DNA of 64,000 bases from Eledone cirrhosa (Eukaryota). Both the position numbers and the translations under genes were made by a program. The DNA is taken from NCBI GenBank assembly GCA_964016885.1, contig OZ024741.1:237026001-237090000 (forward strand). The letters run 5' to 3'. The notes under the pieces are model-generated. The model did not search any database, was not told the origin of the DNA, and saw nothing but the letters and a program-made list of their open reading frames with translations. Positions 12,330 to 26,477 of this stretch are shown here, piece by piece. The first letter of the stretch is position 1. Every line of letters begins with the position of its first letter.

Positions 12330-13728
12330 GTGTGTACCGGGGCCTGGATCTCTGGAAGGGCACCTAAGCAATGGCAATCGGGAGTGATAATACCATTTTT
12401 CAAAAAGGGAGACAAGAAAGATTGTTCCTATTACAGAGGGATCTCCTTGATAAGCCTACCTAATAAAATCTATGCTAAGTGTCTGGCAAAGAGATGCAGG
12501 GAGATTGTCATGTCCAAACTAGCTGATAAACAGTGGGGTTTTTGCCCCGGATGCAGCACAGCCGACCAAATATTCACACTGTGACAGGTATTCAAGAAAT
12601 CGTGGGAGTCTTGCTAAGAAGTATATTCTTGATTTGTCAACCTTGTGAAGGCATATGACCGTATTCCTTGGGATCTACTGTGGAAGGTTGTGCAGGAGTA
12701 TGGGATTGATGGTCAGCTTCTTGCTGCCCTGATGTCTCTATATGAATGCCAAGTATTTGTGTTCGAATAAATGGTGAAAAGTCGAAACCATTCAATGTGG
12801 GACTCGCACTTTGCCAAGAGTGCGTACTGTCACCTCTCCTGTTCATTATTTACATGAATAGGAATGACATGCGTAGCCGGGTTAGAAGTGGTGTCATGAC
12901 AAGCAGGTGTAAAGTCAGTCAGCTGGCATTTGCAGACGACATGGTGTTACACAACTCGACAGAAGATGATCTTTGACTTGCACTTCATAAGTTTGATGCT
13001 GAGTGGTGCATGGCTGGAATGAAAATCAGTGCTGCGAAAACTGAGACACTCGTCATCTCAAGGAGGCCTGCACAGTGCAAGCTACATGTGAATGGAGTTC
13101 CATTGAAGCAGGTAGAGAAGTTCAAATATCTCAGGGCCGTGTTCATGAGTGATAGACGGCAGGAGGCTGAATTAAGTGCAAGAATTACAAAAGCTGGTGC
13201 AGTAATGCGCCAGCTTCAGCATTCAGTAATCAGAAGGGAGGTAGGCGTAAAAGCTAAACTCGTTGTCTTCAATTGGGTTTTTCTGACAACCATTACCTAT
13301 GGTCATGAATCTTGGGTAATGACGGAAAGAATATGATCGCGAATACAAGCGGCCGAAATAGGATTCCTCCGAAGGGTCTTTGGAGTAACATTACTCGATA
13401 AAGTGTGTAGCTCGGAGTGTTACTCCAGGTAGAGCCGCTACTTCTCCAAATTGAGAGATTACAGCTCCTATACTATGGAAATGTAGTTAGAATGTCTCAG
13501 GAAAGAATCGCTGGACAGATTTTACAGGCAAAACCAACAGGTAGGTGACCCAGGGGTAGACCCCAAGCAAGTTGGTTGGATAACATACATGAGCTTGGCT
13601 GGTCACATTTGGGGATCCAGCCGGATCAGTTGGAGATGGTTGCTTCTGACAGGACCCGCTGGAGTGAGTGTTTGAGGACTCTGCCCCCACGACCCTCTCA
13701 GGAATAAGTGGGCGAAGTAGAAGGACAG
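12330..13728 (+). mobile_element. RTE LINE family B, 5'-truncated RT pseudogene
   Basis: [46 protein letters not shown] across broken frames. Fragments also at 18160-18535 and 29290-29505. Confidence 0.93.
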
Positions 13729-13937
13729 TATATATATATACATGTGTATGTATATATATATACATTGTCGTGAAGGTGTCACAACAAGCACCCAGCCCAC
13801 ACTGTAAACTGGTCGTGAAAAAGACATGTTAAAAAGCACCCAGCACACACTGTAAATGTGGTTGGTCCTAGGAAGGGCATCCAGCCGTAGAAAACCAGCC
13901 ATAAACAGATGATGATATATACATATGTGTGCATGTA

Positions 13938-14158
13938 CAGGGTGAGCATAAAGTCTTTGAAACTACAAAACACACTGAGCTTTTTGTTTTATAGATACCA
14001 TTTTGTTACTGAAAATTACAACTACTTTCTGTAAAAGAGAAAATGTAAAACATGTTCAGAAAAAATTTAAACTTGAAATTTATAAATTAAAACAATTAAA
14101 CAAATAATATTCAAGATATGGTATTTTATAATCAGGGAAAGATTTTATGCTCACCTTG
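13938..14158. mobile_element. Tc1/mariner-type MITE
   Basis: 21-bp TIRs CAGGGTGAGCATAAAGTCTTT / AAAGATTTTATGCTCACCTTG (2 mismatches) with TA on both sides. Confidence 0.85.
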
Positions 14159-14219
14159 TATATGTGTATGCATATATATATGCTTTTACATGCATGTATT
14201 TATATGTATACACATATCT

Positions 14220-14650
14220 CCATCTCTAGGTGTCTAGATCTATTGACTTCATATCCCTCCTGCAGATGTCTTTGAAATGGAGATGAGGTCGTCCTCATGC
14301 TCTTGTGCTGGTAGTCAGTTTCCAATGCAGTAGGTCTTTTGGTATCTTCCCATTCGGCATACAATGTACATGACTGAACCAACACAGATGGTGCTGTTTG
14401 AGCAGGGTGTATATGCTGGTGGTGTGGTTGAGGACTTCAGTGTTGATGGCCTGGTCGGTCCACTTGATATCCAGAATATGTCTCAAGCTAAGAAGGTGGA
14501 AGACATTTTGGGACACCGTTCCTGTCTGGAGTAGAGGCTTCATGTCTCGCTGCCATAAAGTAGTGTGCTGAGGACACAAACCTTGTAGACAGCAATCTTG
14601 GTGTTTGTGGTTAGCTTTCTGTTCTCCCAGACTCTCTTCATCAGCTTGTC
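14220..14650 (-). mobile_element. RTE LINE family C (BovB-like C-terminus), fragment
   Basis: KLMKRVWENRKLTTNTKIAVYK, LRHILDIKWTD, WFSHVHCMPNGKIPKDLL. Confidence 0.85.
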
Positions 14651-15230
14651 AGTAAAATGAGAATAAGAAGTGAGTTTAGTGAGGAATTCAAGGTACAGGT
14701 AGTTCATCAGTGTTCTGGTCTTAGTCCACTGCTGTTCATCATAGTTCTCCAGGCCATAACAGAGGAGTTTAAAATGGGCTGTCCATGGGAACTTCTCAAT
14801 GCAGATGATTTGGTCCTTATAGCTGAATCTATAAAAGAACTAGAAAATAAATTCTGACTATAGAAACAGAACTTGGAATCAAAAGGTCTAAGAGTAAATT
14901 TAGCCAAAACCAAAGTGCTAGTGAGTAGGAAAGAAGATAAAACCCTGATTCCTTCCTGGAAGTGGACTTGTTCAATATGTAGAAAGGGAGATAGACATAA
15001 ACTTCATATGATGTACACAATGTAAATCTTGGGTACACAAGAGATGTAGTGGGATAATGGGCAGACTGACAGGAAGGGAAGACTTTGTATAGAGAAGGTG
15101 CACAGGGGTAATCAAGGGGAAGAGCATCAGTGATATAAACCTTTGAACCTTTTCCGATCACAGGAAGGGTCCATAGAAGTGGTTGATAGCTTCTGCTATC
15201 TAGGTAACTTAATTAGGAAGAGGGTGCTCT
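14648..15230 (+). mobile_element. RTE LINE family A, degenerate RT fragment
   Basis: [31 protein letters not shown]. Confidence 0.9.
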
Positions 15231-15460
15231 GAAATAAAGTTTACAAAAAGCTCCAATTCTTATTGTCACTTTATATATATATGTATGTATATATATATAT
15301 ATATGTATGAATACATACGTATATATATATGTGTGTGTGTATGAATATATATGTATAAGTTGAGTGACCTGAAACAAGACTGCCCCACATACACCATGCT
15401 GATAGAGCAGTTGATGTCCTCCATTGACTAATAAGTGAATATTAATTTTTACTTTCAAAG

Positions 15461-15563
15461 ATTGGCGTCTGAGGAAGCTGAGTTCTTCAATGTCGGTTCA
15501 TTTTATTTTATGTAATGGAATTGACAATATTATCTCATCAGTGGAAACTGCAGTACTGACAAT
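15461..15563 (+). ncRNA. Hammerhead-like motif, long stem II, weak stem I
   Basis: CTGAGGA-AGCTGA..TGTCGGTTC/GAATTGACA..TCAGTG-GAAA-CTGCAG-TA. A PLE-type tail follows at 15648-15715. Confidence 0.5.
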
Positions 15564-18500
15564 GGTGTTGGTGGAGCAGGCTTGATTTAGTCCCTCTACT
15601 AGGAATCTGCCTGTAGCTAGCTTTGTATAAGTTATTTTATATATATGAATGAATATTGAAACCTACATTGGTATTGAGTACTCCTTTCTTTCAGTTGTCA
15701 ACCACATACAGATATTTATATATATATATCACCTCTTAACCAAATACACACCCCAACCCACTACCCCTACTCCATCCTCCCACTCCCACCAACACCACCC
15801 TTTCTCTGTAAAGTTATGTTGGTACCACAGAACATCCAGTCCAAACTAAAGAGCTCATGTAGGTGTCACGACAAAAAGCACCCAGTCCACGCTGTAAAGT
15901 GGTTGTGTAGGGGACATGTTAAAAAGGCTCCCAGTCTACACTGTAAATGTGGTTGGTGTTAGGAAGGGCATCCAGCCATAGAAACCTGCCAGATACAGTC
16001 CTATGCAAGCGAGACACAGTCACCCGATCAATCTTCCCTCAAGTGGGACAATTCCCATCTAACCCATGCTAGTGTGGAAGATAGACGTTAAACAATGATG
16101 ATGATGATCACATCATAATCATTATCATCATCATCATCATCAACGTTTAACGTCTATTTTCCACGCTTGCATGGTTTAAACAAGTTATCACGTTATGAGA
16201 CAAGTCAGTTCAGTTGACTATGCCTTGCTCATACAGAACTGTATCTTGGCTTGGTTTCTGTGGCTGGATGCTCTTCTTACACCAACCATGTTACAGTGTG
16301 GGTGGGGTGCTTTTTATTGTAGCACCAATATATAATAATTTGCTCACATTTTCTACATTTTAGCATGGTCCCTGCAGCTGGATGCCCTTCCTAATTCCAA
16401 CTACTTTAAATTCTGACTATTTGCATAAACAAATATTGGTGACCACTTTAAACTTTAAACATATTCTAATATTACTATTCACTTCACTTATTTTTAAGTG
16501 CATCCTCATTGCCCAGCTATCATTCTCTAACCCATAAGCACTCTAAACTTAGTTATTTAATAGAAGATTATTTTACACTGTACTTCACTATTACGTTTTT
16601 ATGGAAAGTTTGGGGGCTACAGCTCCTATAGCCTCCATGGCTCTACAGTCCTTGTATATGTATATATAGATAATGATCACTGGGTGAAGAATTGCTAGGA
16701 GTTCCAAATGGAGGGAACCTGCAGTAGAGGAAGATCAAGAAAAGTCTAGGCAGAAGTGGTGAAAGCAGATCTCAAAATATGGAACCTGTGCTAGAAAAGA
16801 CCCATCCAGCCCATGCAAATATAGAAAAACAGACATAAAAAGGAGGATGATGATATATATATATACATATATATATATATTGGAAATTACAAACTGGAAC
16901 AGCAGAGTTTTACAGACAGACTATTACCTCAATATATATATACAGTGAAAAGCGGACATAAAATGATGATAATGTCATTGTCATTATCATCAACGTTTAA
17001 TGTCCATCTTTCATGCTTGCATGAGTTAAATGAGTTTTCTAGCTCGTACAGATCTGTCTTTAGCTTGGGTTTCTGCAACTGGATACTCTTCCTAATGTCA
17101 ACCACCTCACAGAGTGGCCTGGGAACTTCTCATGGCACCACCATTACTATCTTACAGAGTGGACCAGGTGCTTTTTGTTGTGGCACCAGTACAACCACCT
17201 TACAGGGTGGACGTCTGCCTGACTGCCATGTAAGAGACCACATCTAGTTCATGGGGGGGGGGGGTTGTATATTGGTATGGGTTGGGCTGGACTAGGAGAG
17301 GATGAAAGTAGAGGCTGCTTTTTCATGTTGAAAGTCGGAGAGGGTTGAACGGGGAGGAGGGCTGTCTTTCCATAATGGCAGTTGTTGGATGTGCAAGATG
17401 GGGGTGGCGTACTTAGACAACGAAAGAGAGGTGGGGATGGGTGAGTGTTAAGTTGGGGAAATATAGGAAGAACATTGGTGCAGACTGTCATCTTGTTTGT
17501 TTTATCCTGTACATGTGAAGAGGCAGGTTTTATGCAGTATGGAATATCACCAGAGAATTCGATCCTGCGTCATCTCCTTTAAGTGATGTCAGCTTTTATC
17601 TCATCATCCCAAGATTTCCTAGGTCCTCCTCTTCTATAGTTTCTGTCAACTTCAAATTAAAAATAAGTTTTTTTGTATGCATAAAACCAATAAACATTGA
17701 TGGAATAAAACACTCAATGCATGTAGAGTCAAATATTTATTACAATTGTATTGATTGTGAAAGGTGTTAGTACATTGGATAGAATCCTTTGTGGAATTAT
17801 TTCGGCTCTCTGCTCTCTGAGTTCAAAGCTTGCTGAGGTCACCTTTGCCTTTCATCCATTCCTGGTTGATAAAAAAAAGTACCAGTCGTGTACTGGGGTC
17901 AATTCTTCCTCTATATCTCTTTTTCACTTCAATTCTCTCACTCTCTATCCTTCTCTGAAAGAAATTGGCTGTATTCAGACCTGGAAAGGATTGGGCTCTG
18001 TCAGATTTTAAAAAATGCCCAAGAAACACTGTTTTTCAATATGGCATTCCTACGACTCCCCCAAGAGTTACAGGACCATGTCATGCCATTGATTGTGACT
18101 TTGAAGTTTTGGTAGTTGTATAAGTCATCACTGGTGAAACTTAACTCTCAGATGTGATGGATGTAGGGTTCTGAAGGTTTTCTGGAGTAATGTTACTCGA
18201 TAGGGTGTGTAACTTGGAGATCATTGAGCCTCTCCAGGTAGAGTCACTGCTTCTCTGCATCAAGAGATCACAGTTCAAGTACTATGGATGTGGTTAGAAT
18301 GTCTATAGAAAGAATTGCTGAACAGAGTATATAGGCAAAGCCAACTGGTAACAGACCCAGAAGTAGACCACCAGCAAGATCATTAGATAACATCCACAAC
18401 CTCAGTTAGTCTTGCTTTGGGACCCAGCCGGATCATTTGGAAATAGTTACTTCCAATAGAACCATCTGGATGGCATGTCTGAGGCCTCTTCCCCAACAAC

Positions 18501-18882
18501 CTTCTCAGGAATAACTGGGCGAATAAGAAGTGATGGATGTAAGGTAAAGCCATTGATGGCTCAGTTGTGAACAAGCTGTTATTGGGAAACCAATCCTGCA
18601 CTTGACTTGTGCCTTTGCCACAGAGAGTTAACTTTCATATTTTGTTTGTTGTTTATTTGCATTTCTGATTTTTTTCAATAGTTTTATTTTTTACATTACC
18701 TGGAGCAGCACTCATAACATTGATCTTTTTCAGGGCCTCTAAGACTAGTGGGGAGCAGGAAGGGAGGGGGGAATCTATCCTTACCTCAAACTGAAGACCT
18801 GGCCTGAATGCTTGAAACATAGTGGATCCCACAAGAGGCACTTATGGGCCAGGCAGTGGTGTTGAACCAGGTGATGGATTAA

Positions 18883-19089
18883 CCCTTTAGCATTTACATT
18901 ACTCTATATATACTATTGTATTTTCATGGTAAAGGCCTTATCTCACATAATATCGAATCTATGAGATTTTAATATTATTTATTTTGAGAACAATACCTTA
19001 ATATCAGTATGAGTGGCCAGTTACAACCGGTTTGAACAGAAAGAGGTGAGAGAATTCTGGCCGGATATGGCCAGTTTAAATGCTAAAGG
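18883..19089. mobile_element. piggyBac-type MITE
   Basis: TTAA-CCCTTTAGCATTTA ... TAAATGCTAAAGG-TTAA. Confidence 0.8.
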
Positions 19090-19869
19090 TTAACCTCCCA
19101 AATTGGCTATAACAGGATTTGAGCTTAGAAGGCTAAAGCCAAAACAAATGCCACAAAGCATGTCAACCAATTCTCTAACAATTCTGTAAATTTTGGTCTA
19201 CTACTTTATTTTATTGACCCCCAAAAGGATGAAAAGCAAAATTGATCTTGGTGGGAATTGAACTTAGAGCACAAAGAGCTGAAACAAGTAGCACAAAACA
19301 TTCTGTCCTATGCTCTGATGACTTGGCTAATTCACTGCTTTAAATGAATGTGTGCTGCAAAAGCAACGCAGATTCTGTAGAGAGAAGTAACTCCAAAAGT
19401 ATCAAACTAATGGATGAAGTTATGAAAGTAACAGAAAGAATTACCACTAGAAAGAAAATTTGCTAAGATGAATTGCAGTTTAAGTTGGAGCCAGGACAGA
19501 GTACATGAGCATTTCTTATCAAAGAACAAGTCACTGTACCTAGCGTTTGTTGACCTAGTGAAGGTCTTTGACAGAGTATCATAATGAATGACTTATGAGA
19601 GTTGTGCAAGACATGTAGAAATGACATTAGCAAGGAATTTTGCATGCAGCTATGTGTCCATCATGGTTTGGGTCTCGTTTCCCTCTATTTTATTATTTAT
19701 TGGGTCCATAGAAACCTCTGTATGTTAGTGTCAGAATTAAAGAGAAAACATTCTGAATGAGGAAGCAAAAGATCTTAAGGTAAACCTAAGACCAGAGCAC
19801 AAATGAGTTGAGAGGGAAAAGAAAATAATTGATGATTGCGCTGCGTGTGTGTGACGAAGAAAACAAGAC

Positions 19870-19891
19870 TCTTATTAACATTTTATTCCTT

Positions 19892-19938
<47 letters not shown>

Positions 19939-20043
19939 ATGAGATTTTCATTTTATCAAATCCCACTCACAAAGTGTTGCATGGATCCAAGATCCTGCAT
20001 ACTCAGCTGAAACATTGTGTAAGGAATAACATGTTAATAAGAG
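19870..20043. repeat. Tail-out inverted pair with a hammerhead 3' half
   Basis: CTCTTATTAACATTTTATTCCTTACACA / TGTGTAAGGAATAACATGTTAATAAGAG (1 mismatch). GAAA-CATTGTG-TA lies at the start of the right arm. Confidence 0.55.
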
Positions 20044-20102
20044 TATATATATATATACATACTAGCATTTTAAAGGGTCCGTCGAGCTGCCGATTATAGT
20101 CG

Positions 20103-20150
20103 GGTAAGATCGATACAGATCGAAACGCGCGTCACCTACCAATAAATGTA
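20103..20150 (+). ncRNA. Relic minimal hammerhead (CUGANGA core lost)
   Basis: GGT..GATC-GATACA-GATC-GAAA-CGCGCG-TC-ACC, then AATAAA. Confidence 0.45.
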
Positions 20151-21474
20151 ATGAAGGAGTAACCAATCGTCCTTATCCTTTCTTTCTATATATATATATA
20201 TATATATCAAATCCAAAGTGGTGTCCCAGCATGCCCACAGACTAATGACTAGAACGAGCTAAAAATATATTGTACAGTGTAACAGTTACATGGAGCAGGT
20301 TTCAAGCTCTGTATTAATGGACGATCGATTTTCATTGAAAAGTAAATAGTAAACCATTATTTCACTATGGTCAAATCTTACCAATGAATACCACTCGTTT
20401 AATCTCACATCTATTTGGAGCACAGTCTGACTAGATGATGTACATCATTTATCTAGCTGTTTGGTCCGTCATTAACTACCAGAAAATTTGTTTCGTACCC
20501 CGTCAAAGTAAATCATTGCCATCATCATCATTGACATTAGTGTGTAACTATTTAACTCAAAGTTAGCCCTGATCCTGCAGACATGATCAAATGCGTTGTA
20601 ATTTTGACCATCAAGTGTTTTTGTTTTTTTTATATCTATCGCCACGTTATCCCAATGTGTCCTCTGAAGGTTTATATGATGATGGAGGTGGTGTAATTTA
20701 AGTGAGATTTTGCTGTTATTTCTAGCAGGTTGAACAAATTTATTAATTCATGTCTGTAGTTTGTTATATTGTATTGTCGTTCAAGATCAGCCTTGATCAA
20801 CCAGATCTATGATCAAAGATGGTCCTGCTGTGACTATCTGCCCCACCCCCGGCATACTGTACATAGAACTACACTATCCAATGATGTCTTTGATCTTTTA
20901 AAATTGTAGAGACATAGCTACCATTTCCAGCAGGTCTAGCAACCGCTTAGAGTCTCTGATACGGTTTATGTTTAGTCCCATGTCAGCCATGTTTGAAGTG
21001 ACCTATGATCAGAGACATTCCAGCCATGGCCATCGCATTTTTTTTAGCAGTAAGAGTACATTTCTAATATCTAATAAGTCATGTCCTTATATAAGAGAGT
21101 CGGGAGTAATTTGTGAGAAACTTGGATACTATTTCTCGCAGGTCTTGCGACCACGGAGTTGCTTTCTTATTGGCTCGTGTGTGGTTTATATGATGATGGA
21201 GGTGGTGGCAACATTGGTGATGATTAAAAAAAAATCGCCGTAGGCGATTGACTGATTATCACGGCAGAAGAACAACTCACACGCGCACGTACATTTATAT
21301 ATATATGTATGTGTCTGTATGTATATGCATGTGTGTGTATATATATATATTTATATATATATATATCTAATATATACACTCACATTCATCTTCAGAGAAA
21401 GAGGACTGATTAAATAAGCAACCACTGCCATTGTGATGATGTTCGTTGACAACAACCATGTTGGCTTTTGTCAC

Positions 21475-21980
21475 TCTCCCTTCCCTCTTATATCTTTCTC
21501 CCTCTCTCTCTATATATAAAATAACCTCCCTCTCCCTATATTATCTATCAATCTCACTCTCTATCTCTTTATATAACACAACCTCCCCATATATTATCTA
21601 TTTACTTCTCTCTCTTTATATAAAATAGCTCCCCCTTATCTTTCTATATCGAAAGCATTCTCTCATTGTCTGCCACCCTTTATCTAAAACATCTTCTCTC
21701 TCTTTACCCTTCCCTTTCTTTATCTAACACATCCTCTCTCAATCTGCCATCCTTCCCTTATATATTTAGCTGTCTAAACATCGTCTCTTAATCTTTCTTT
21801 ATTTTAAACAAACACTCTCTTTCTTGTTTTGAAACATCTCTCTCCCTCTCTCTAGCTTCTATCTCTGCACATTCCTTTCTCTCAATCTAAACACCTCTCT
21901 CTCTCTTTTTACTATAGATATGCATCCCTCTCTCTCCCCATCCCTCTATTTAACTAAAACATCCTCCCCTTCCTCTCAAT
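21475..21980. repeat. CT-rich degenerate tandem repeat
   Basis: Recurring TCTAAACATC/CTCTCTC units. Confidence 0.7.
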
Positions 21981-22061
21981 CAACACCGCCTCCTGCATCA
22001 TACACAACACAACACACACACCCCTCCCCTACAACACACAAACAGAAACGAAAGCTGTGAC

Positions 22062-22095
22062 ATGGCGACTCTCCTCACACCTTGCTGTTGTACGT
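22062..22095 (+). other. Possible first coding exon (MATLLTPCC)
   Basis: ACATGGCG start context and a GTACGT donor-like site, in a CpG-retaining zone (about 20-23.9 kb) upstream of CpG-poor sequence. Confidence 0.2.
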
Positions 22096-22288
22096 AACGA
22101 TTTTTTTCCTCAATTCTTTTCCTCGTCTTCATCACGCACCTCATCCTTATTCTATACATCTCTATCTTTCTCTCTAAATATATGTATGTGTGTGTGTATA
22201 TATATATATATATATACACACATACACACTTACATACATACCTATATATATATATATATATACACATATATATATATATATATATATG

Positions 22289-22353
<65 letters not shown>

Positions 22354-22599
22354 TCATTTATCTATATATAAATAGTCGGGTAATAATACTATTACTAATT
22401 ACTACGACTACTACTATTACTACTAATTGCAATTAATGTTGGGTGGTGGTGGTTGTGGTGGCAGACGTCGTAATGTATAGCGACATCAGTCGTTCACGAC
22501 CGAGGTTTCGATTCGAAATTGAAGCCACTTGGCTTACCTTGTGGATAACACAGCTTCCTAAGGCACCTCTTTAAAATGTTATAGCTTTATTCTCATCGC

Positions 22600-22803
22600 G
22601 ATGAGGTGGTTTGGTAGAATCGGTAGAGAGTCGGACAAATGCTTTGCGGTATTTATACCGAGTTCAAATCCCGCTGAGACCAGCTTTTCCTTTCATCCTT
22701 CTGGTGTCGATAAAATAAAGTACGAGCCAAGTACTGGAATCGATTTCACCGACAAGCTCCATCCTTTCAAATTGCTGGCCTTGTGCTTAAATTAGAAACA
22801 ATT
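22600..22803 (+). mobile_element. Nin-domain SINE
   Basis: B box GAGTTCAAATCC, Nin core and tail. Confidence 0.75.
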
Positions 22804-24564
22804 TCTGTAATAGTAGTAGTAGTATGGAAAGTGTTGTTAAACCACCTAAAAATCAAATGCTCTTCCTTACCTATGTGCCTTGCATACCTTCTGTTATCTC
22901 TATATGATTCCTTTCATATATATATGCATGCATACATACATTCATGTACGTCCTATAAATTCACATGATAGATCAGATAGACAGAAAAATGTGACTGTGA
23001 CACCGAGTTTTCCGGATTTAGTTTTTGCTCACTCACTGACCATTTTACTGGAGACACAAACCTTTCTTCCGGTCTTCCTCTTGATTTACATGTCATGTTT
23101 TTTTAATTGTTCTTCTTGGTGTTTATGTTGATGTGTAGCCATAGGCCAGTTCTGTTCGAGACTTATTATAGCCTGTAGACAACAGTGAACCACGCGAATA
23201 TGTAAAATCCATGGTTTCTTGTGGTTATTTTAGCTCCAGGTCAGCCATGATCGAGTAGACCTTTGATAAAGAGGCATTTCAGTCGTGACCATCTCGCTCA
23301 TTTTTTTTTTCGTCCAATGTATCCTTATTTAAGATGTGGCTGGAGAGAGACCTGGCTGCTGTTTCTAGCACATTTTGCAGCCTTTTCTTGTTCTTGTTAT
23401 CACCGCGTGAGATCTGAATGAAGAGACATTCCGACCGTGATCATTCAGTCTTTATTTTAGACAGTATAGTGCTTTCTTTCCCTTTTAAAGACAGTAGCGT
23501 GATATAAGGAAGATTTGGCTGCTATTTCTAGCATATTGAGCGATCCTGTTGATATTTTCTCATTGGTTTGAAAATTGTTTTCTTTTCATCCCTCTTTCCC
23601 GGAAATGCATGAATACCAAACAATCTTATTTTCCACTACACGTATTATTCCGATGTATAATCCTGACTATAGGGTGATTGAGCAGCAGACTAAATGCCGT
23701 ACGGGTCGAAAACATAAGTACCAGTCGTGTACTGAAATTGATAAAATCGACTACACCCCCTTCCCTGCTGTGGTGGGTGTGCCGAAGTGCAAACGAGATC
23801 GAGACCCCCGTTGTGATTTCCGTTTACTTTTGTGTCCGTAATGTTGTTGAGTAGATTTATAGTAAAAAATGTTCCAGCGGTGACCATTTCTTTTATTTAG
23901 AAATATGTGGCGGACAGCTTTGTCCAGTGTCATTGTTCCCTCATTTCAGTCTTCATAATCTATTTAGAATATTTACACTCCCATCCTTTTATCTTCATAT
24001 AAGGCTGCCTTAAAGTGTACGACACAATTGCGTCCACCTTGTGAACCCCAAATTCCTCTGTATAAGAAACAATTATCTATGATTGCTACAACTCATGCAA
24101 CAGTGTAGTTTCGACAGGGTTGGAGTTAGACCTTGGGAGGCCCAGAGCACTTCAGATTTTGGGAGCCCTTATCATGGTACTTAGAGAAAAGTTCAGAAAA
24201 CCACAACACCTATAAACCTGTCAATCTAGATCATTGCTGGTTAAGGGTCATTTTTTTTTTTAATAGAATTAAAAGGTTTGTTTGAAACTGACACCTCTCA
24301 TTTGCAGTGTCTGCTTCATTATTCTGACTTATATTTTTTTTGTAAAATAATATTTATAAGCTGCTAGTATTGAAGGAGTGCAAAATTGATAAAGTATTGG
24401 GCTACATAGACACAAGGTGTGAGCTAAAATCCACAGGTGTTTTATTGTTTCTAGACAAAAAGTGTGTTTTACATTACCTCAATTCACATAGTTGTCAAAA
24501 AACAGATACCAGTGAATGTCAGCTGCTAAACAGAAATTTATTTTACATCCATTTTATGTCATCA

Positions 24565-24785
24565 ACATCATCATTCTTTTTACATCCATTTTTCCATGCT
24601 TGTATGGGTTGGATGGGTCTTTTCCAGCACAAGTTCCCTCCACATGTTGTGTTCCTTTGTCATATCCTCTGTAAGGTTCAGCATTTTGAGGTCCACCCTC
24701 ATCACTTCTACCCAGGTTTTCCTTGTTCTACTGCAGCTTCCTTCCACTGGGAGTTCCTGGCACTTCATTACCCAACAGTCCTCCT
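24565..24785 (-). mobile_element. RTE family A 3' end
   Basis: KCQELPVEGSCSRTRKTW plus a (CAT)n tail. A similar plus-strand piece lies at 16680-16852. Confidence 0.8.
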
Positions 24786-25199
24786 TCTTGGGGTTTCATA
24801 GATATATTTTATTTTATTTTGTTTATTACTTAGACAGAGCAAGAGCAATTCCCACGACACTATATTTTTCTTTGGCAGGTGGGTGGCTTTGAGACTGGTG
24901 ATGGTGTGTGGCCTAGTGGTTCGGGTGTTGGACTTAATTTGTGAATCAGGTGGCATGTTGTGTTCTTGAGCAAGATATTTCATTTCAAATTGCTTTTCAT
25001 GATAAGGGCTCCTATCATTAAAACATCTGAAAACTTCCTATGAAGTACAATCTCAAAGCTAATGAGGGGCAGGCAAAGAAGGTATCTTCAAACGAGTGAC
25101 TTGACCTGAATGTTTACTTCAGATTGGACTCTGCTAAAGACACCCAAGTTGTGAGGTGGTGGTGTTAAACTAGGCAACAGATTAAATCTACCACCTGAG

Positions 25200-26030
25200 T
25201 GGACCTTAGCAGGAATTGAACTTAGAATGTAAAGAGCCAGAACAAATACCACAAAACAACTCATCCAACACTAATGACCCTGTAAGTCCACCACCCTAGG
25301 CTGGTGCTTTATTATCAACCCTGGAAGGATGAAAAGCAAAGTCGACCTTGGCTAAATTTGAACTTAGTATGTAAAGGGACATAACTAAGTACCACAAGTT
25401 AATCATTTTTAACACTGGTGTATACATTTTTTTTAACAGCTGGGTATTTTGATAGAGGCATATAGTGGACTGAATCAAACACTAGTATATTACTGGTATT
25501 TATTTTATCAACCCCAGAAGGATAAAAGTCATTTGAACACAGAACAATTTGTGTAATTAGATATCATAAGGGAGTTTGGCTGTCATTCTATTAATTCTGT
25601 CATCCACTGCCTTGATAATAATAATGAAATTTGGTGGGTTGGAACAGTACTTGACTGGTATTTTACTGACCCTCAAAAGGATCAAAAGCAAAGTTGATTG
25701 TGGCAGAGTTTGAATTTTGAACATATGTGTATGTATATATGTATAAACCAATAACTCTTGATGTAATCGTAGGGGTGTCATTGTGACACATGGTGTCATA
25801 TCTTGGTCACTTTAAACCTGGTAGAGCCTATTCCCCTGCCAGGTGTGAACACAGCTTTCTTCTAGAGAAGGGAAGAGAGTGAGAAAGAATCAACTGGTAC
25901 TTTTTATCAACCCTGAAAGACGAAGTTGACCTTGGCGAAATTTGGATTCAGCACAGAGAGCTGGAGCAAATACCACAATGCATTAAATAGTATTTTGTCT
26001 GGTACTGTAACAGTTCTACCAGAACTACAA
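25200..26030 (-). mobile_element. Cluster of old Nin-SINE fragments
   Basis: Repeated GGATGAAA(A/G)GCAAAGT(T/C)GA cores. Also at 19130-19340 and 31135-31335. Confidence 0.6.
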
Positions 26031-26070
26031 TTATAAATACAAATATGTTACAGCATCATTATCATTAATC

Positions 26071-26260
26071 AGCGGTGGATTGGCAGTATCGGTAGAGGGT
26101 CGGACGCCATGCTTTGCAGCACAGTTACGTTCCTTTATGGACTGAGTTCAAAACCCGCCGAGGTTAACTTTGTCTCTCATCCTTAAGGGGTCGATAAAAT
26201 AAAGTACCAGTAATACACTGGGATAATTGCTGGCCTTGTGCCAAAAGTAGAAACAATTAT
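26071..26260 (+). mobile_element. Full-length Nin-domain SINE
   Basis: Same sequence as the 6601 copy. Flanked by a direct repeat of ATTATCATTAATCA (possible target site duplication). Confidence 0.88.
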
Positions 26261-26394
26261 CATTAATCAATTATGAGCAGTCGATGGTAGAATTAGAAGG
26301 TCTCACACTATCCTCACCATTGTGTGACATGACCTCCCTCACTCCAATTGACATTTCTCACTTTCAATATTTTTACTATGGCTTCCCTAATCTC

Positions 26395-26477
<83 letters not shown>

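Noticed and set aside
18790-18830. CTGAAGA...GAAA; also CTGATGA at 10680, 19314 and 63655
   Set aside because: No pairing stems; chance matches.
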